Notes under the pieces: generated by a model
Told to the model about the DNA's origin: nothing
Databases searched by the model: none
Seen by the model: only the letters and a program-made list of their open reading frames with translations
Assembly (NCBI GenBank): GCA_963835065.1
Contig: CAWIEK010000057.1
Coordinates: 64,001-128,000 of the forward strand
DNA from: an uncultured Chthonomonadaceae bacterium
Lineage (GTDB): Bacteria; Armatimonadota; Chthonomonadetes; Chthonomonadales; Chthonomonadaceae
Reading direction: 5' to 3'
DNA: 64,000 nt
Position numbers and translations under genes: made by a program
Part shown: one piece after another, positions 9,181-19,836 of the stretch
How positions within the stretch are numbered: position 1 is the first letter of the stretch
Layout of the letters: every line of letters begins with the position of its first letter

Positions 9181-11454
9181 ATGTTCGACAGGAAAGTAAT
9201 TGGAGATAAGATGTTTAGAAGGAAGCAATTTGTACAATTATCAATTCTGTTTCTGCTGACAGGAAGTTTGATGGCGGCAATTTTGTGCGCGGCGCGGGCG
9301 CAGTCGCCGCAGACGGTGAAAGCGTTTGAAACGGAAGCGCATGTCGGGCCGGTGGAAAAAGCGCTGGTGGGCGTGGAAGTGAGCCGTTTGGCGCAGAATG
9401 GCAATAGGGTTGTGCGGCATGGAAACGGAATTGTTATTCGCTGCGATGGGTTTGTGCTGACCGCGCAGGCGCTGTTTGGCGAAGTGGTGAACAGCGCGGG
9501 CCAGAATGTAACCGTGACTTTATTTCCCGGCACAAGCGAAGCAAGGCGCGTGACGGCGCGAGTCGTGGGCGCGGCAAACATGGCGCGGCGGGCGTTCGCG
9601 GGCAAGCCGGAACCGCTCGTCGTTCTTAAATTGGCGGATGTACACACGCCTGCCCTGCGCCTGCTCCTGCCGGATGCGCTGTCGGAAGAAAAGCAGGCGA
9701 CGTTAGCCTGGAGCGCATGGGATGAGGCCGGCGGAAAATTTCTGCCGATTCAAAAACGCGCCCTGGCGCTGTCGAACTCTGCGCGGCAGCGTTCCCAATA
9801 GCGGCAATCGTCTGCTGTTTGCGCAGGGCGAAGCGGTTCCGCTTCCCGGCGCTGTTGTTATTGGGCCGGAGGGCATGGGCATTGGCCTGATGACAACGAT
9901 TGCCGCTTCCGCGCCCGATGCCGCTTCTTTCGCCACGCTCAACTCCCTGACCAACTGCGTCACGCCCCAATCGGCAACAGACGCGCAATTCGCAAGCCTG
10001 CGCAGACAGGCAACAGAAGGCGAGGAAACGCAGACGCAAACCAAAGGCGGCGCGGAAACGGCAGCAGCAAATACCGAGGGAACGAACATCCGGGAACGAA
10101 CATCGGCGGCATGGTGCGCATTCCGGGCGGGACAGTGCGCCTGAACGCCCTGCTTCAGCAGTATCAGCCGGACATGGCGCGGCTGCACACGGCCTGCGTC
10201 GCGCCGTTCCTCATAGACCGCTATGAAGTAACCAACGCGCAGTATTGGAAGTTCTGGCAGGCGCTTTCGCACGAAGACCGGCAAAACCGCAAAGCCGAAT
10301 TGTACCCGCTTTCCTGGGCGGATAATCCAGCGCCGTTTCCAAAGGAACTGGATACTGTGCCTGTTCTGGGCGTTCCCCTCGCGGGGGCGCAGGCGTATGC
10401 GAAATGGGCGGGAAAGCGCCTGCCCACGCCGTATGAGTGGTGTTTGGCCGCGTTTGGGCCGGGTGGCGGCACGACCATGCCGGATTGGGTCAACCGCTAT
10501 GTGGCGGATCGGCAGGAAACCTGGAACCGGATCGTCACGGCGCATAATGAGTATGCGCGGCAAAACCCGGACGTTTTCAATACGGGAATGGAGAATGGCG
10601 CGAATGGCATTGCCGCGCAAACCCTGCTGCCCTGGCTGTTCTGGTATCCCTTCGAGGCGCAGCATACGCGCTGGTCGCATGACACGATCATGCGATTAAC
10701 CGCGCATTTGTGGAAGGATTGGATTGATCCGCAGCACATCCTGCCGGGCGGCAGCCGCAAGTTCGATGTCAGTCCCTATGGCGTGTCGGACATGATTTTC
10801 AATGGCGCGGAAATGGTGATGCCGGGTCAAGCATGGCCGGGCGTGGAAAACGGGCAAAGCGCGGACGGCTACATTCAGGTCGGCTTTCCCAATCTCAGCC
10901 CGGACGAACTGGCGAAATTGGGCGACATCCGGCAGTACGCGCCCCGCGCCGTCCGGCTGGAACCGGCGCCCCACTTCGTTGTTTTGCCGGAACCCCTGCT
11001 GTCGCGCCGTCTGCGCGGCCCGGTCACGCTGAACACAACGGACGGCGGCATTTACGCCGAATACATGAACGTCAGCGCGAACCTGCGCGAAGTGTCCGAT
11101 ATGATGGCCCCCGTCGGCAGTGGCGTTGTTGGCATTGCGCCCGGCCCGCAGCGTTTGTGGCCGGACTATGGCTATCTCACGCCCGCGTACCGGGAAGAAA
11201 ACGCGGCGGACGCGCGGCAGCGCTACGGGCCAGGGTTTGCCCCCGAACCTTTCCATGATAACGCGGGGAAAATTCACATTTCCTTTGAAGATGCCGCGTG
11301 GTATGCGCTCTGGAAAACAACCGTTCTGCCCACGCATCGAGAAATGGGCCGGGACGTGACCACCATGCCCCTCGCCGCGCCTCCCCTTGCGCGTGAGCAA
11401 GACCCGACCCTTTCCACCTACCTCGTTCCCGGCGGCTTTCGCTGCGTTCGCTAA
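9181..11454 (+). CDS. Secreted protein: degenerate trypsin-like domain + FGE-sulfatase (SUMF1) domain, split by two frameshifts (~9780, ~10105)
   Basis: Signal peptide, GNGIVIRCDGFVLTA, then MVRIPGG, FLIDRYEVTNAQY, YAKWAGKRLPT, SPYGVSDM and C-terminal GFRCVR. Confidence 0.7.
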
Positions 11455-11514
11455 CCGCCAGAAACAATCCCATTCCAACAAGGTGAAATTTACTTTATTG
11501 AAATGGGATGGGCT

Positions 11515-12840
11515 TTAGAATCGGAACAGGGCGGCTATGGTGGCATTGTCCGGCATGGTTTCGGGGGGCAGCGCGTACACCGTTCCGCTGTGTAGCAACA
11601 CCTGCATGGCCGCGAAGTTGATTAATTCCTCATCCCCGGCTTCCCGCGTTTCGTGCCGGGATACTTGATTGGCTTCGGCATCGAACAGCCCGTAACACTC
11701 CGCGCCAATGGCTGTGAACAGCGTATCCACGCGCCCGAACGCGGCGGCGGACACGATTTCTTCCAGCGATTGCGAAGTGAGGTTGTCAATGGCTTTGGCT
11801 TCCCCGTAGCGCGTCAGCGCGTTTTCCTGCGCCGCGAGGAAAAAAGGCTGCACGAGCGGCCAGGCGCGGTCATGCAGTTCCTGCGCGGACAGTTGCTTGG
11901 GAGTGCCATAAATACCCTCCTCCACGAGATGCTGATAGGTGTTGGACTTGCGATAAATGGGCAGTTCGTACTCCACGCCGGCCAGCACGAGCGGCGCGGT
12001 CTCGTTTTTCAGGTAGGGGTGCAGTCCCTTGTCTACCATGTGGAAAAAGCGGTACAGGCGATCCGCCGTATCTTCGGGAGCCTGGCTGTGCCCGTGAAAC
12101 TGCTGCCCTGCCCCGAAAGCGTTGTTGCGGTTAAAGGCGTGGCGTTCCGGCTCTTCATTCAGCGCTTCGTTCATATCGCCGGGCACATTTTCCAGATGCA
12201 CTTCCTGCAAGCCCGTCCGGTTGCCGCGCAGCAGGCGAATGTTGTTCTGGCCCAGCGTCAGCACGTAAAACCGCCCGTCGCCATTTAGCAGGGGAAGCAG
12301 GGGCTGAATCTGGAAGTGGTCGTTGACCAGCGCCAGATCGGTAAAGGGCTGCGCGACGCGGTACGCGCGAAACAGTTCCGGGGAGCGGAACACGGCGAGT
12401 CCTTCATTGGTGGCTTGCCAGAAGGCGCGGTGTTCCAGCAGTTCCTGCACGGGAACGAGCAATTCCCGCGCCTGATCCGCGTCCATGCCGAGCGTCACCA
12501 GTTGTTTTTCCGCCGAGCGCAGCAGGTTCTTGAATTCGGTCAGGTTCTGGGCGATATTGCCTGCGGGCTGCGTGGACATGTGGATGGACACGCAAACGCG
12601 CGTGGTATCCGCCAGCAGGGTTTTGAGTTCCTCCTGATTGAAGGTATCCACTCTGGGGCTGCCGCTATGCGTGGCGGAGTCGCCGTCCGCTTCCGTAAAT
12701 ATCCCCTGTTCGTCCGCTTCCGCCGCTTCCCGGTCGCGCTCATGACGCTCATGGCGTCCCGCCCGCGTATCGCTATGGCCGGGAGCCTGTTTGTCCAGTA
12801 TCTGAGGCACTTTGGATGGGCTTCTTCTTGATTCCGACAT
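11515..12840 (-). CDS. Bacterial archaeo-eukaryotic release factor-like protein (baeRF3/7-type)
   Basis: CVSIHM, GLAVFRS, PLLPLL...FYVLTL, PLVLAGV, AAFGRVDTLF and IAALFRF pattern. Confidence 0.8.
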   Translation of the reverse strand: MSESRRSPSKVPQILDKQAPGHSDTRAGRHERHERDREAAEADEQGIFTEADGDSATHSGSPRVDTFNQEELKTLLADTTRVCVSIHMSTQPAGNIAQNLTEFKNLLRSAEKQLVTLGMDADQARELLVPVQELLEHRAFWQATNEGLAVFRSPELFRAYRVAQPFTDLALVNDHFQIQPLLPLLNGDGRFYVLTLGQNNIRLLRGNRTGLQEVHLENVPGDMNEALNEEPERHAFNRNNAFGAGQQFHGHSQAPEDTADRLYRFFHMVDKGLHPYLKNETAPLVLAGVEYELPIYRKSNTYQHLVEEGIYGTPKQLSAQELHDRAWPLVQPFFLAAQENALTRYGEAKAIDNLTSQSLEEIVSAAAFGRVDTLFTAIGAECYGLFDAEANQVSRHETREAGDEELINFAAMQVLLHSGTVYALPPETMPDNATIAALFRF

Positions 12841-13339
12841 ATCTTACTTCCTCATTTCTGATGCGCTTATTGTCTGATGCTTTTGCGTCGCAAACACTAC
12901 ACACCGCGCTCACAACTACAGGGATTGTGAGAGCAAGGCTGTGAAACCGACGGAAATAAGACTGACGCAAACAGGCCATTGGAAATCAACGTTTGTTTTA
13001 GCGCGGCCTATATAATTAGTCATTCTGAACCCCCCTGCGAATGTGAAACGCTTGTCTAATCCAGCCACAACTTCACGCGGCTTGTCCATCCACTAACTTT
13101 AGGCGGATACCTGTATGGGAAACATTCCATACGGGGAAGTAAGGCATAAGTTTGGCGACATTGAGCGAACTGATTCGATCTTTCTACAGACTGCCACATG
13201 GCGTCCTGATGATCGGTTTCGAGATCATTTGCGAGGAACTAACGGCTTCTATAGAAACTAAGAGGTCACAGGAAGATCATCGAAAAATCATGGGAAGATC
13301 ATTTCAGAACACGTTTCAAGAAATCGTGAGGAGAACAGG

Positions 13340-13939
13340 ATGAAGACTCGAAACTTATGGGTGGCAACCGTACTTGCCGTTGGAATGACAGGCATCATCG
13401 GCTGCGGCAATAAAGGCGACGACACCGGTGGGAGCGGAACAACGGGCACGTCGGGCGGGGCGTCAGGCAGCGCGTCGGGCGGCAGCGGTTCCAGTGGCAG
13501 CAGTTCTACCGCAAGTGGCGGGTCAGGAACTTCCGGCGGTGGCGGCTCCACCAGCGCATCGGGCAGTGGCGGCGCGTCGGGCATGTCCGGCAGCAGCGGG
13601 GGAACTTCCGGCGGCAGTGGCGCATCCGGCAGCATGTCGGGCGGCAGTGGTTCCAGTGGCAACGCGGGCGGCATGTCCGGCGGCACGGGCAGTTCAGGCG
13701 GAATGTCGGGTGGCACAGGCAGCAGTTCCGGCACATCGGGAAGCGGCGGCACATCGGGCGGCATGTCGGGCGGTTCCGGCAGCGCGGGTGGCATGTCCGG
13801 TGGCGCGAGTGGCGGAACCGGAACCAGCGGCGGCACAACCGGCGGAGCCGGGGGCGGCATGAGCGGTGGCGGTTCCGGCAGTGGCAGCACGGGCAGTGGA
13901 AGTGGCGGCTCCGGTGGTGGGACGGGCGGTGGCGGTTAG
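13340..13939 (+). CDS. Gly/Ser/Met-rich low-complexity lipoprotein
   Basis: GAGGAG SD, signal peptide with IIGC lipobox, then GGMSGG repeats. Confidence 0.8.
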   Translation: MKTRNLWVATVLAVGMTGIIGCGNKGDDTGGSGTTGTSGGASGSASGGSGSSGSSSTASGGSGTSGGGGSTSASGSGGASGMSGSSGGTSGGSGASGSMSGGSGSSGNAGGMSGGTGSSGGMSGGTGSSSGTSGSGGTSGGMSGGSGSAGGMSGGASGGTGTSGGTTGGAGGGMSGGGSGSGSTGSGSGGSGGGTGGGG

Positions 13940-13964
13940 CGCTGATACCGTTTTCTGAACAGTC

Positions 13965-14037
13965 CGCATGAACTACGTTCACCTTGAAGCATGAACATGC
14001 CGAACACCGAACACCGAATACCAAACACCGGCATTTT
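13965..14037 (+). repeat. Dispersed ~75 bp element with CGAACAC heptamers, copy 1
   Basis: GCATGAACTACGTTCACC...GCATGAACATGCCGAACACCGAACACCGAATAC...GGCATTTT. Inverted copy at 23537-23612. Confidence 0.8.
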
Positions 14038-14632
14038 ATGAACAGTCCAGTGTTCTTTTCCGCGTTTCCAAACAGTGTCCGCAGGGAGTGATAATCACGC
14101 CTCTGCGGACGCTTTTTTCAGCGCCCTTATATCCAGCAAAGCGTGGTTTACCATGATTTTGCCCTGGCGCTTTGCCGCGTTTTTACCTGACAGTCCCCAT
14201 GAACTACAATACCCCTGCGGAAATGGACGCGCTGGCGCAGGCCGTCGCCCGTATCGCTGCCGGGTAGGATTACAAACAAGTTCTTAAATAGATTAGTCTC
14301 TACGCCCCCATTTGTTTACCATGTTCCTACCTCTCCCGGTATCCGCCGTAAGATATTGCGTCAGTGCCGCTTTTATAAATAGTCGACGCTACATGTGATT
14401 TCATAGCCATAAGCAAGTCAATGGTTTGGCGCAATTTGGGTTTATAAAACGATCATTCCCCTGACAACATTCGGCAGGCAGCAGGCAGGTGAGCGCATAC
14501 CTGCCGAATGTTCACGGATACCGGGACAGGATTCCGGTTTATCTACTATGGCAGGATAGTCGAATCGCTTGCCGTCCAAACAGCCAATGCTTTTGGAACG
14601 CGCAGGCAAAGGATTGAGAAAGGATTTTCTGA

Positions 14633-14981
14633 ATGGGAACGCGACGTAAATTGTGCGGGATGGTATGCCTTGCCGGCGCGCTTGGCTTCAGCCTGCTGTC
14701 GGGGTGCGATGGTCACTCCTCCAATAATGGCAGCACGGGCACAACCACCGGAACGAGTACAACTACCGGGACAGGCACAAGCAGTGGGACGGGCACAAGC
14801 GGCTCCGGTTCCTCCACAGGAACCGGCGGAACGTCCGGCACAGGAACTGGCACAGGAACCGGCACCGGGACGGGAACGGGTAGTGGAACCGGGACGGGCA
14901 GTGGCGGCACCGGCGGCACCGGACGGCAGTGGCGGCACAGGGTCAGGGACCGGCAGTGGCGGTTCCGGGGGAGGTGGTTAG
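14633..14981 (+). CDS. Gly/Thr-rich low-complexity lipoprotein, frameshift near 14922
   Basis: LLSGC lipobox and (GT)n. The GSGGTGSGTGSGGSGGGG* tail is in a shifted frame. Confidence 0.7.
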
Positions 14982-15163
14982 GAACTTTTACCAAAATAAG
15001 TGTTCCGGCTATAGACCGGTTGGCGCAACGCTCTGTAGACAGGGCGTTCACGACTTGCCAGGTGGAACGTTCATTTTGTTGAAAGTCTTAAAAAAGCGGT
15101 CTGCCGCGCGTTGGGCGGACCGCTTCAAACCCGGTTGCTTCAAGGCAGCAAAACACCGCAGTC

Positions 15164-17149
15164 ATGAAAAGAAAGGCAGTATTCAACATGCAAAAGCAAC
15201 ACACGCGACAGCACGGCTCTTCAGTCTTCGCGCTGCCGGGATTGGTGGCGTTGGGCTTGAGCTATCCGCAGTTGGCGCTCGCGCAAACCGATGCGGGCAG
15301 CCAGGCAGATCAAATCAAAACCCCCGCTTCCTCGCAAACTTCCGGCACTTCGGATAATCAAACTTCCGGCAAGGCTACGCCGCAAACATCCGGCCAGGCA
15401 TCGGGTTCGCAGTCGGGGCAGTCTTCGCCTGCCCAATCGTCGCAATCATCTCAGCAGTCACGGTCTTCGCAATCTACTTCACGGTCTTCTTCGCAGAACT
15501 CCTCACAGAACTCCTCGCAAAGCAATGGACGCTCCACGCAAGCCTCCGGCGCCGGTTCCTCTCAGAACGGAACCGTCTCCGGCAGTTCAAGCAGTTCCGG
15601 CCAGCAAGGGAACATGCAAATAGGCGGGCGACAGCGCATGAATAATGGAGCGGTGTCGCTGGCCGCGAATGGAGAGTTTGTGTATGTGATGCGCAGTGGA
15701 ACGGTTTATCAAATGCGCAATACGGACCTGTCCCTCGTGTCGCGGCGCAGCATAATGCCCGACGCTATGGGTGGCGCGGACAGCACGGGCGCGGGGGCAT
15801 CGGGAACAGGCAGTCCCGACAGCGGCGGGGGAACAAATGGCGGTTCGGGAACCGGAACTTCCGGCACTGGAACTTCCGGCGGAGCCACGTCGGGCGCGTC
15901 TTCGGCTTCCGGCGCGGATACGAACGGGACTGAGAGCGGAAGCGGGACAGGCAGCGCCGGCAATGCCACATCGGGAACCACGTCCGGGACAAATAGCGGC
16001 GCGAGCGCCGGGACAAATAGCGGTGCGAATACGGGTGCCAATGGCACGGGCAGCAGTGGCAATGGCGGCGGCAGCAACTCCTCGATCAGTGGCGGCGGAG
16101 CGCAGCAAGGCGGCGCTTCGGGTAATTCCGGCAATGGCCTGGGAAACAGTTCCGGTAATGGGCTGGGGCGTCAGAGCGGGGCGCAGCAGTCGTCCACCGG
16201 CAGCACAGGCTCCTCCGGGAACAGCATACACGCTTCGCAAGGCAGCCAATCCACCCGCGCCCATCGTTCCGTGTCCGGCTCTGGGAACCGCTCTGCGTCA
16301 CGGGGCAGTACGCGCTCCAACCGTATAGCCGGTGGCAGCGGCAATTATAACAGCAACAGCGATGCTTTTGGCAGCAGCAATGGAGCGGGTATGCAGGGCT
16401 ATCAAGGCAACACCTTCCATTCAGGATCAAACGGCGGGTCTGTGGCTATTGCCCAAACGACCGGCTTTCAGAGTAACAGCCGGGCGTCTGGAGGACAGAA
16501 CAGCGGGGGCCGCAACGGCCAGAATGGCGGCAGCGACCAGAACGCTAACAGCAGCGGCCAGAATAGCGGCCTGCAAAGCGGAAGCCAGAACAGCGGGCAG
16601 GGAATGTTCCGACAAAGCATGGATGGCATGGGCAGCGGCTTCGGCGGCGCTATGGGGATGAATGGCGTCTCGATGGTTGCCACAAGCGATTACATCTACG
16701 TGCTGCGCGGCAACATCCTGTACCAGTTGCGCGCGTCCGATCTCTCCACTGTTACTCAGCGCGACATTTCCCCGGCCATTCTTGAGCGTGAAGCCATGAG
16801 CTTGTCAAGTGGCAGCGGAACGGGCACATCCGGTACAGGGCAAAGCGGCACAGGAGCAGGAACAGGTAACGGTTCAGGAACCGGGACATCAAGAACCGGC
16901 ACATCCGGTGGTTCCGGCTCAGGAACCGGTAATGGTTCCGGCACGGGAACCGGCAGACAGGGCGGCTCAGGAGCCGGCACGGGAACCGGCAATGGTTCCG
17001 GTACGGGAAGTGGACGGGGAACCTCCGGCAGTGGAACCTCGGATAATGGTTCCGGCGGGAATACAGGAACTACCGGCGGAACAAATGAATCCGGCAGCGA
17101 AACCAACAATCCGTCTCCGTCAGCCTCAGTGAGCGAATCGGACGAGTAA
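15164..17149 (+). CDS. Secreted Gly/Ser/Gln-rich disordered protein with two copies of a ~36-aa module
   Basis: Signal peptide ending ALA-QT. Modules VSLAANGEFVYVMRSGTVYQMRNTDLS and VSMVATSDYIYVLRGNILYQLRASDLS. Confidence 0.8.
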   Translation: MKRKAVFNMQKQHTRQHGSSVFALPGLVALGLSYPQLALAQTDAGSQADQIKTPASSQTSGTSDNQTSGKATPQTSGQASGSQSGQSSPAQSSQSSQQSRSSQSTSRSSSQNSSQNSSQSNGRSTQASGAGSSQNGTVSGSSSSSGQQGNMQIGGRQRMNNGAVSLAANGEFVYVMRSGTVYQMRNTDLSLVSRRSIMPDAMGGADSTGAGASGTGSPDSGGGTNGGSGTGTSGTGTSGGATSGASSASGADTNGTESGSGTGSAGNATSGTTSGTNSGASAGTNSGANTGANGTGSSGNGGGSNSSISGGGAQQGGASGNSGNGLGNSSGNGLGRQSGAQQSSTGSTGSSGNSIHASQGSQSTRAHRSVSGSGNRSASRGSTRSNRIAGGSGNYNSNSDAFGSSNGAGMQGYQGNTFHSGSNGGSVAIAQTTGFQSNSRASGGQNSGGRNGQNGGSDQNANSSGQNSGLQSGSQNSGQGMFRQSMDGMGSGFGGAMGMNGVSMVATSDYIYVLRGNILYQLRASDLSTVTQRDISPAILEREAMSLSSGSGTGTSGTGQSGTGAGTGNGSGTGTSRTGTSGGSGSGTGNGSGTGTGRQGGSGAGTGTGNGSGTGSGRGTSGSGTSDNGSGGNTGTTGGTNESGSETNNPSPSASVSESDE

Positions 17150-17376
17150 CCGGTCAACAGACAGGAACCCGCTTTTGCAAAGCGCGATTGTCCAACACTG
17201 TCCCGGCACACTCATCCATAATAGGTACGCCAAAACAAGCCAATGAAGGATTGAGTTACAAAGGCTTGGATTGTAGAATAACAGCAGGATTGATTTACTC
17301 ATTTCCGCCTTCCGGCAGAATTGCCGGAAGGCGAACTTTTTCCCGTTTGTGTTTTTTCGGATAGGATAGGTTTCTC

Positions 17377-17604
17377 ATGCAGCAATTAGCGTGTGATGTT
17401 GTCGGCTGTGGCCGGCCTGCCGCCTGGGCGCGGGTAGCGAACGTACAGAAAATGCAGGAAGATTTTCTGTGTAACCATTGTTGGGCCAACCTGCGGGTTT
17501 CCAAGTTACGCGAGGCTGCGTGTTACATACCATGTGACTACGAACTGCCTGAATCTGCGTTTACCGCCTTGCGGGACAACGATGAAGTGATTTACATTCG
17601 CTAA
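17377..17604 (+). CDS. Small Cys-rich, probable zinc-binding protein
   Basis: CDVVGC...CNHC, followed by a hairpin. Confidence 0.55.
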   Translation: MQQLACDVVGCGRPAAWARVANVQKMQEDFLCNHCWANLRVSKLREAACYIPCDYELPESAFTALRDNDEVIYIR

Positions 17605-17656
17605 AGGAAATGTAAGCGCCGCTTCTTGCGAATTGTTTACGAAGACAGACAGAATC

Positions 17657-17689
17657 AACAGACCTGCGGGAATTTCCCGCAGGTCTGTT
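17657..17689. terminator. Bidirectional hairpin terminator between convergent genes
   Basis: AACAGACCTGCGGGA-ATT-TCCCGCAGGTCTGTT. Confidence 0.7.
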
Positions 17690-17849
17690 AGCTGCGCGTA
17701 AAATGCGCGCAAGCACAGATGTCGAACCTCTAGCGCATCACGGCATAAATACGCCGGTAGTTCTTTCGTCCGCAGGACGATTGGCCGAATGCCCGCGTAA
17801 CCGGTATTTTATATACCGGTTACTACGGGCAGACTTACGCCGCAGTGTA

Positions 17850-18367
17850 CTAGCCGCGCCCGGAAACGCCGGAGCCGCTGCCGCCGGAACCACCGTTCAT
17901 GGAACCGCCCATGCCGCTGCCGCCCATGCCGCCGCCGGAGCTGCTGCCGCCGGAACCGCTGCCGCTGCCACCCGAACCACCGGTGCCGGAGCCGCTGCCC
18001 GTATCATTGCCGGAACCACTGCCGGAACCACTGCCGGTATCGCTGCCGCTGCCGGAACCACTGCCCGACTGTCCGCTGCTGCTGGACTGTCCGCCACTTC
18101 CGCCGCTGCCTGACCGGCGGCTGCTTCCACCCGAACCGCCACTGCGCCGGGAAGTTCCGCTGCCCGTGCTGCTTCCGCCGGAACCGCTTGCCAGCCCGAG
18201 CCACCGGTTTGGCCCGAACCACTGCCCGTGCCGCCGCCCGAACCGCCGGTGCCCTGTCCGCCGGTGCCCTGTCCGCCACCATTGCCTGCATCCTGGGCGT
18301 ACAACGCCACCGGAATCGCTGCGACCAGGCCCATCCACAGAGCCGCCGTTAACCACCGTTTTCTCAT
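17850..18367 (-). CDS. Secreted Gly/Ser-rich low-complexity protein, frameshift near 18193
   Basis: MRKRWLTAALWMGLVAAIPVALYA-QD signal peptide. The G/S-rich body continues in the 17850 frame. Confidence 0.7.
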
Positions 18368-18537
18368 GATACATCTCCTGAGGGATCGAGGAGGCAGCCC
18401 GTCCAGAATTTATTTCTGAATGTTATGGAGGAAGGACTGCGCCCGTTGCGTATGTTCCCCGCGTGAGGTTACGCGAGTGACATACAAGAGACGGCGCAAC
18501 TATGGTTCTTGTTCGTAAGCCATTTATCTGTTAATAA

Positions 18538-19836
18538 ATGCGTATAATGAGTGACCCTGTACTCAGCAGTAAGATAGAGACCGGCATGAACACGCAAAGG
18601 TACGTGGACGTATTTACCGGTATGAAACCTCCAAACACCGGCGCCACTCCTGAAATTTCTTCACTCGAGAAATTCACTCTCCAGAAGAACGTTTCTGCTC
18701 ACGAGAACCTGGCGCCTAACACGGAATCCTGCGAAGCCGCCTCGCCACCTGCCCACGCTTACAGCGGGCGTTCGGGCGGGGAGGCGCTGTTGTCGGCGCT
18801 GGCGCTGATCCTGGCATTTACCCTGTTGCCGGCGCGTCATCCCGTCGGCGAACCGGCCACCCTGCTTTCCGTTGCCGAGTCCCCGCCACCTTTTGCTACA
18901 ACGCTGCCTCCCTCCGAAGCGAACCTTTCGCGCTTGCCGGGAAAAGGGGGCGCTGCCGTTCGTTCGCTTTTTGAGCCGGTTGTGGGCAGGGAAGCGAAAT
19001 ACGCGGCAGACTACGCCTCGCCCCTGCTCGACGTTGCGCGGGCGCACAACACGGATGCAGTAACGCTGGCGCAATTGAATGGGCTGTCCGGCAGCGTGGT
19101 TCGGGCCGGGCAGGTTTTGCGCCTTCCCTCCCGCTACATTGTCCCGTACAGTGTGCCGGAAGGGGTGGTGCTCAACATTCCCGAACGGGGCGTTTATCTG
19201 TTTCGCAAGGGACGCCTGCTGGCGCGTTACCCGGTGGCTATCGGCATGAGAACGTGGGAAACGCCCCTGGGCCGGTTCCGGCTGGTGCGTAAAGTCGTCA
19301 ATCCGACGTGGATACCGCCCAAAGTCATGGTGGAGCGGGAAGGCATTTCCAGCGCGGACGTGCCGCCGGGAAACGATAATCCTTTAGGAGATCGCTGGAT
19401 GGGCTGGAGCGCGCCCGAAGTGGGGTTTCACAGCACATTTGCCGTCCATACCATTGGTCATCTCGCTTCCCATGCCTGTGTGCGTATGTATCCCGAAGCG
19501 GCGCATCAATTGTTCGAGCGGACGTATTTGGGGATGCCTATTTATGCGGTCTACGAGCCGATCAAACTTGGCAAAAGCGGCAAGGACATTTATCTGAGCA
19601 TATCTCCCGACGTGTACCATTTGGGCCGGGTATCCCTGCAACAGGTGAAAAAGCGTCTCAAACAGGCGGGCGTGGCGAACAAGGTTGACGAGGCGGCGAT
19701 ACGGCAGATGCTGGCGCGACAGGACGGCTACCCGCGCCGCATTGCCCAACTGGACAAAAAAGCCTCAACGCCAACCGAGAAGCCTCCACACCTTGCGGCA
19801 GAAAGCGCTGCGCCACCAGTAAAGGCAATCCTTTAG
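18538..19836 (+). CDS. LysM + YkuD L,D-transpeptidase
   Basis: LysM-like LAQLNGL...VRAGQVLRLP, YPVAIG, NPTWIPP, NPLGDRWM and GFHST...ASHACVRM. Start uncertain. Confidence 0.92.
   Translation: MRIMSDPVLSSKIETGMNTQRYVDVFTGMKPPNTGATPEISSLEKFTLQKNVSAHENLAPNTESCEAASPPAHAYSGRSGGEALLSALALILAFTLLPARHPVGEPATLLSVAESPPPFATTLPPSEANLSRLPGKGGAAVRSLFEPVVGREAKYAADYASPLLDVARAHNTDAVTLAQLNGLSGSVVRAGQVLRLPSRYIVPYSVPEGVVLNIPERGVYLFRKGRLLARYPVAIGMRTWETPLGRFRLVRKVVNPTWIPPKVMVEREGISSADVPPGNDNPLGDRWMGWSAPEVGFHSTFAVHTIGHLASHACVRMYPEAAHQLFERTYLGMPIYAVYEPIKLGKSGKDIYLSISPDVYHLGRVSLQQVKKRLKQAGVANKVDEAAIRQMLARQDGYPRRIAQLDKKASTPTEKPPHLAAESAAPPVKAIL

Noticed and set aside
10111..11454. DGR target (FGE/C-type lectin fold)
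   Set aside because: I saw no reverse transcriptase or adenine-variant template repeat in the window.
13288..18369. Pro-rich ORFs (13288-13890, 15709-16134, 16756-17211, 17899-18369)
   Set aside because: These are antisense shadows of the Gly-rich genes, which have the SDs and signal peptides.
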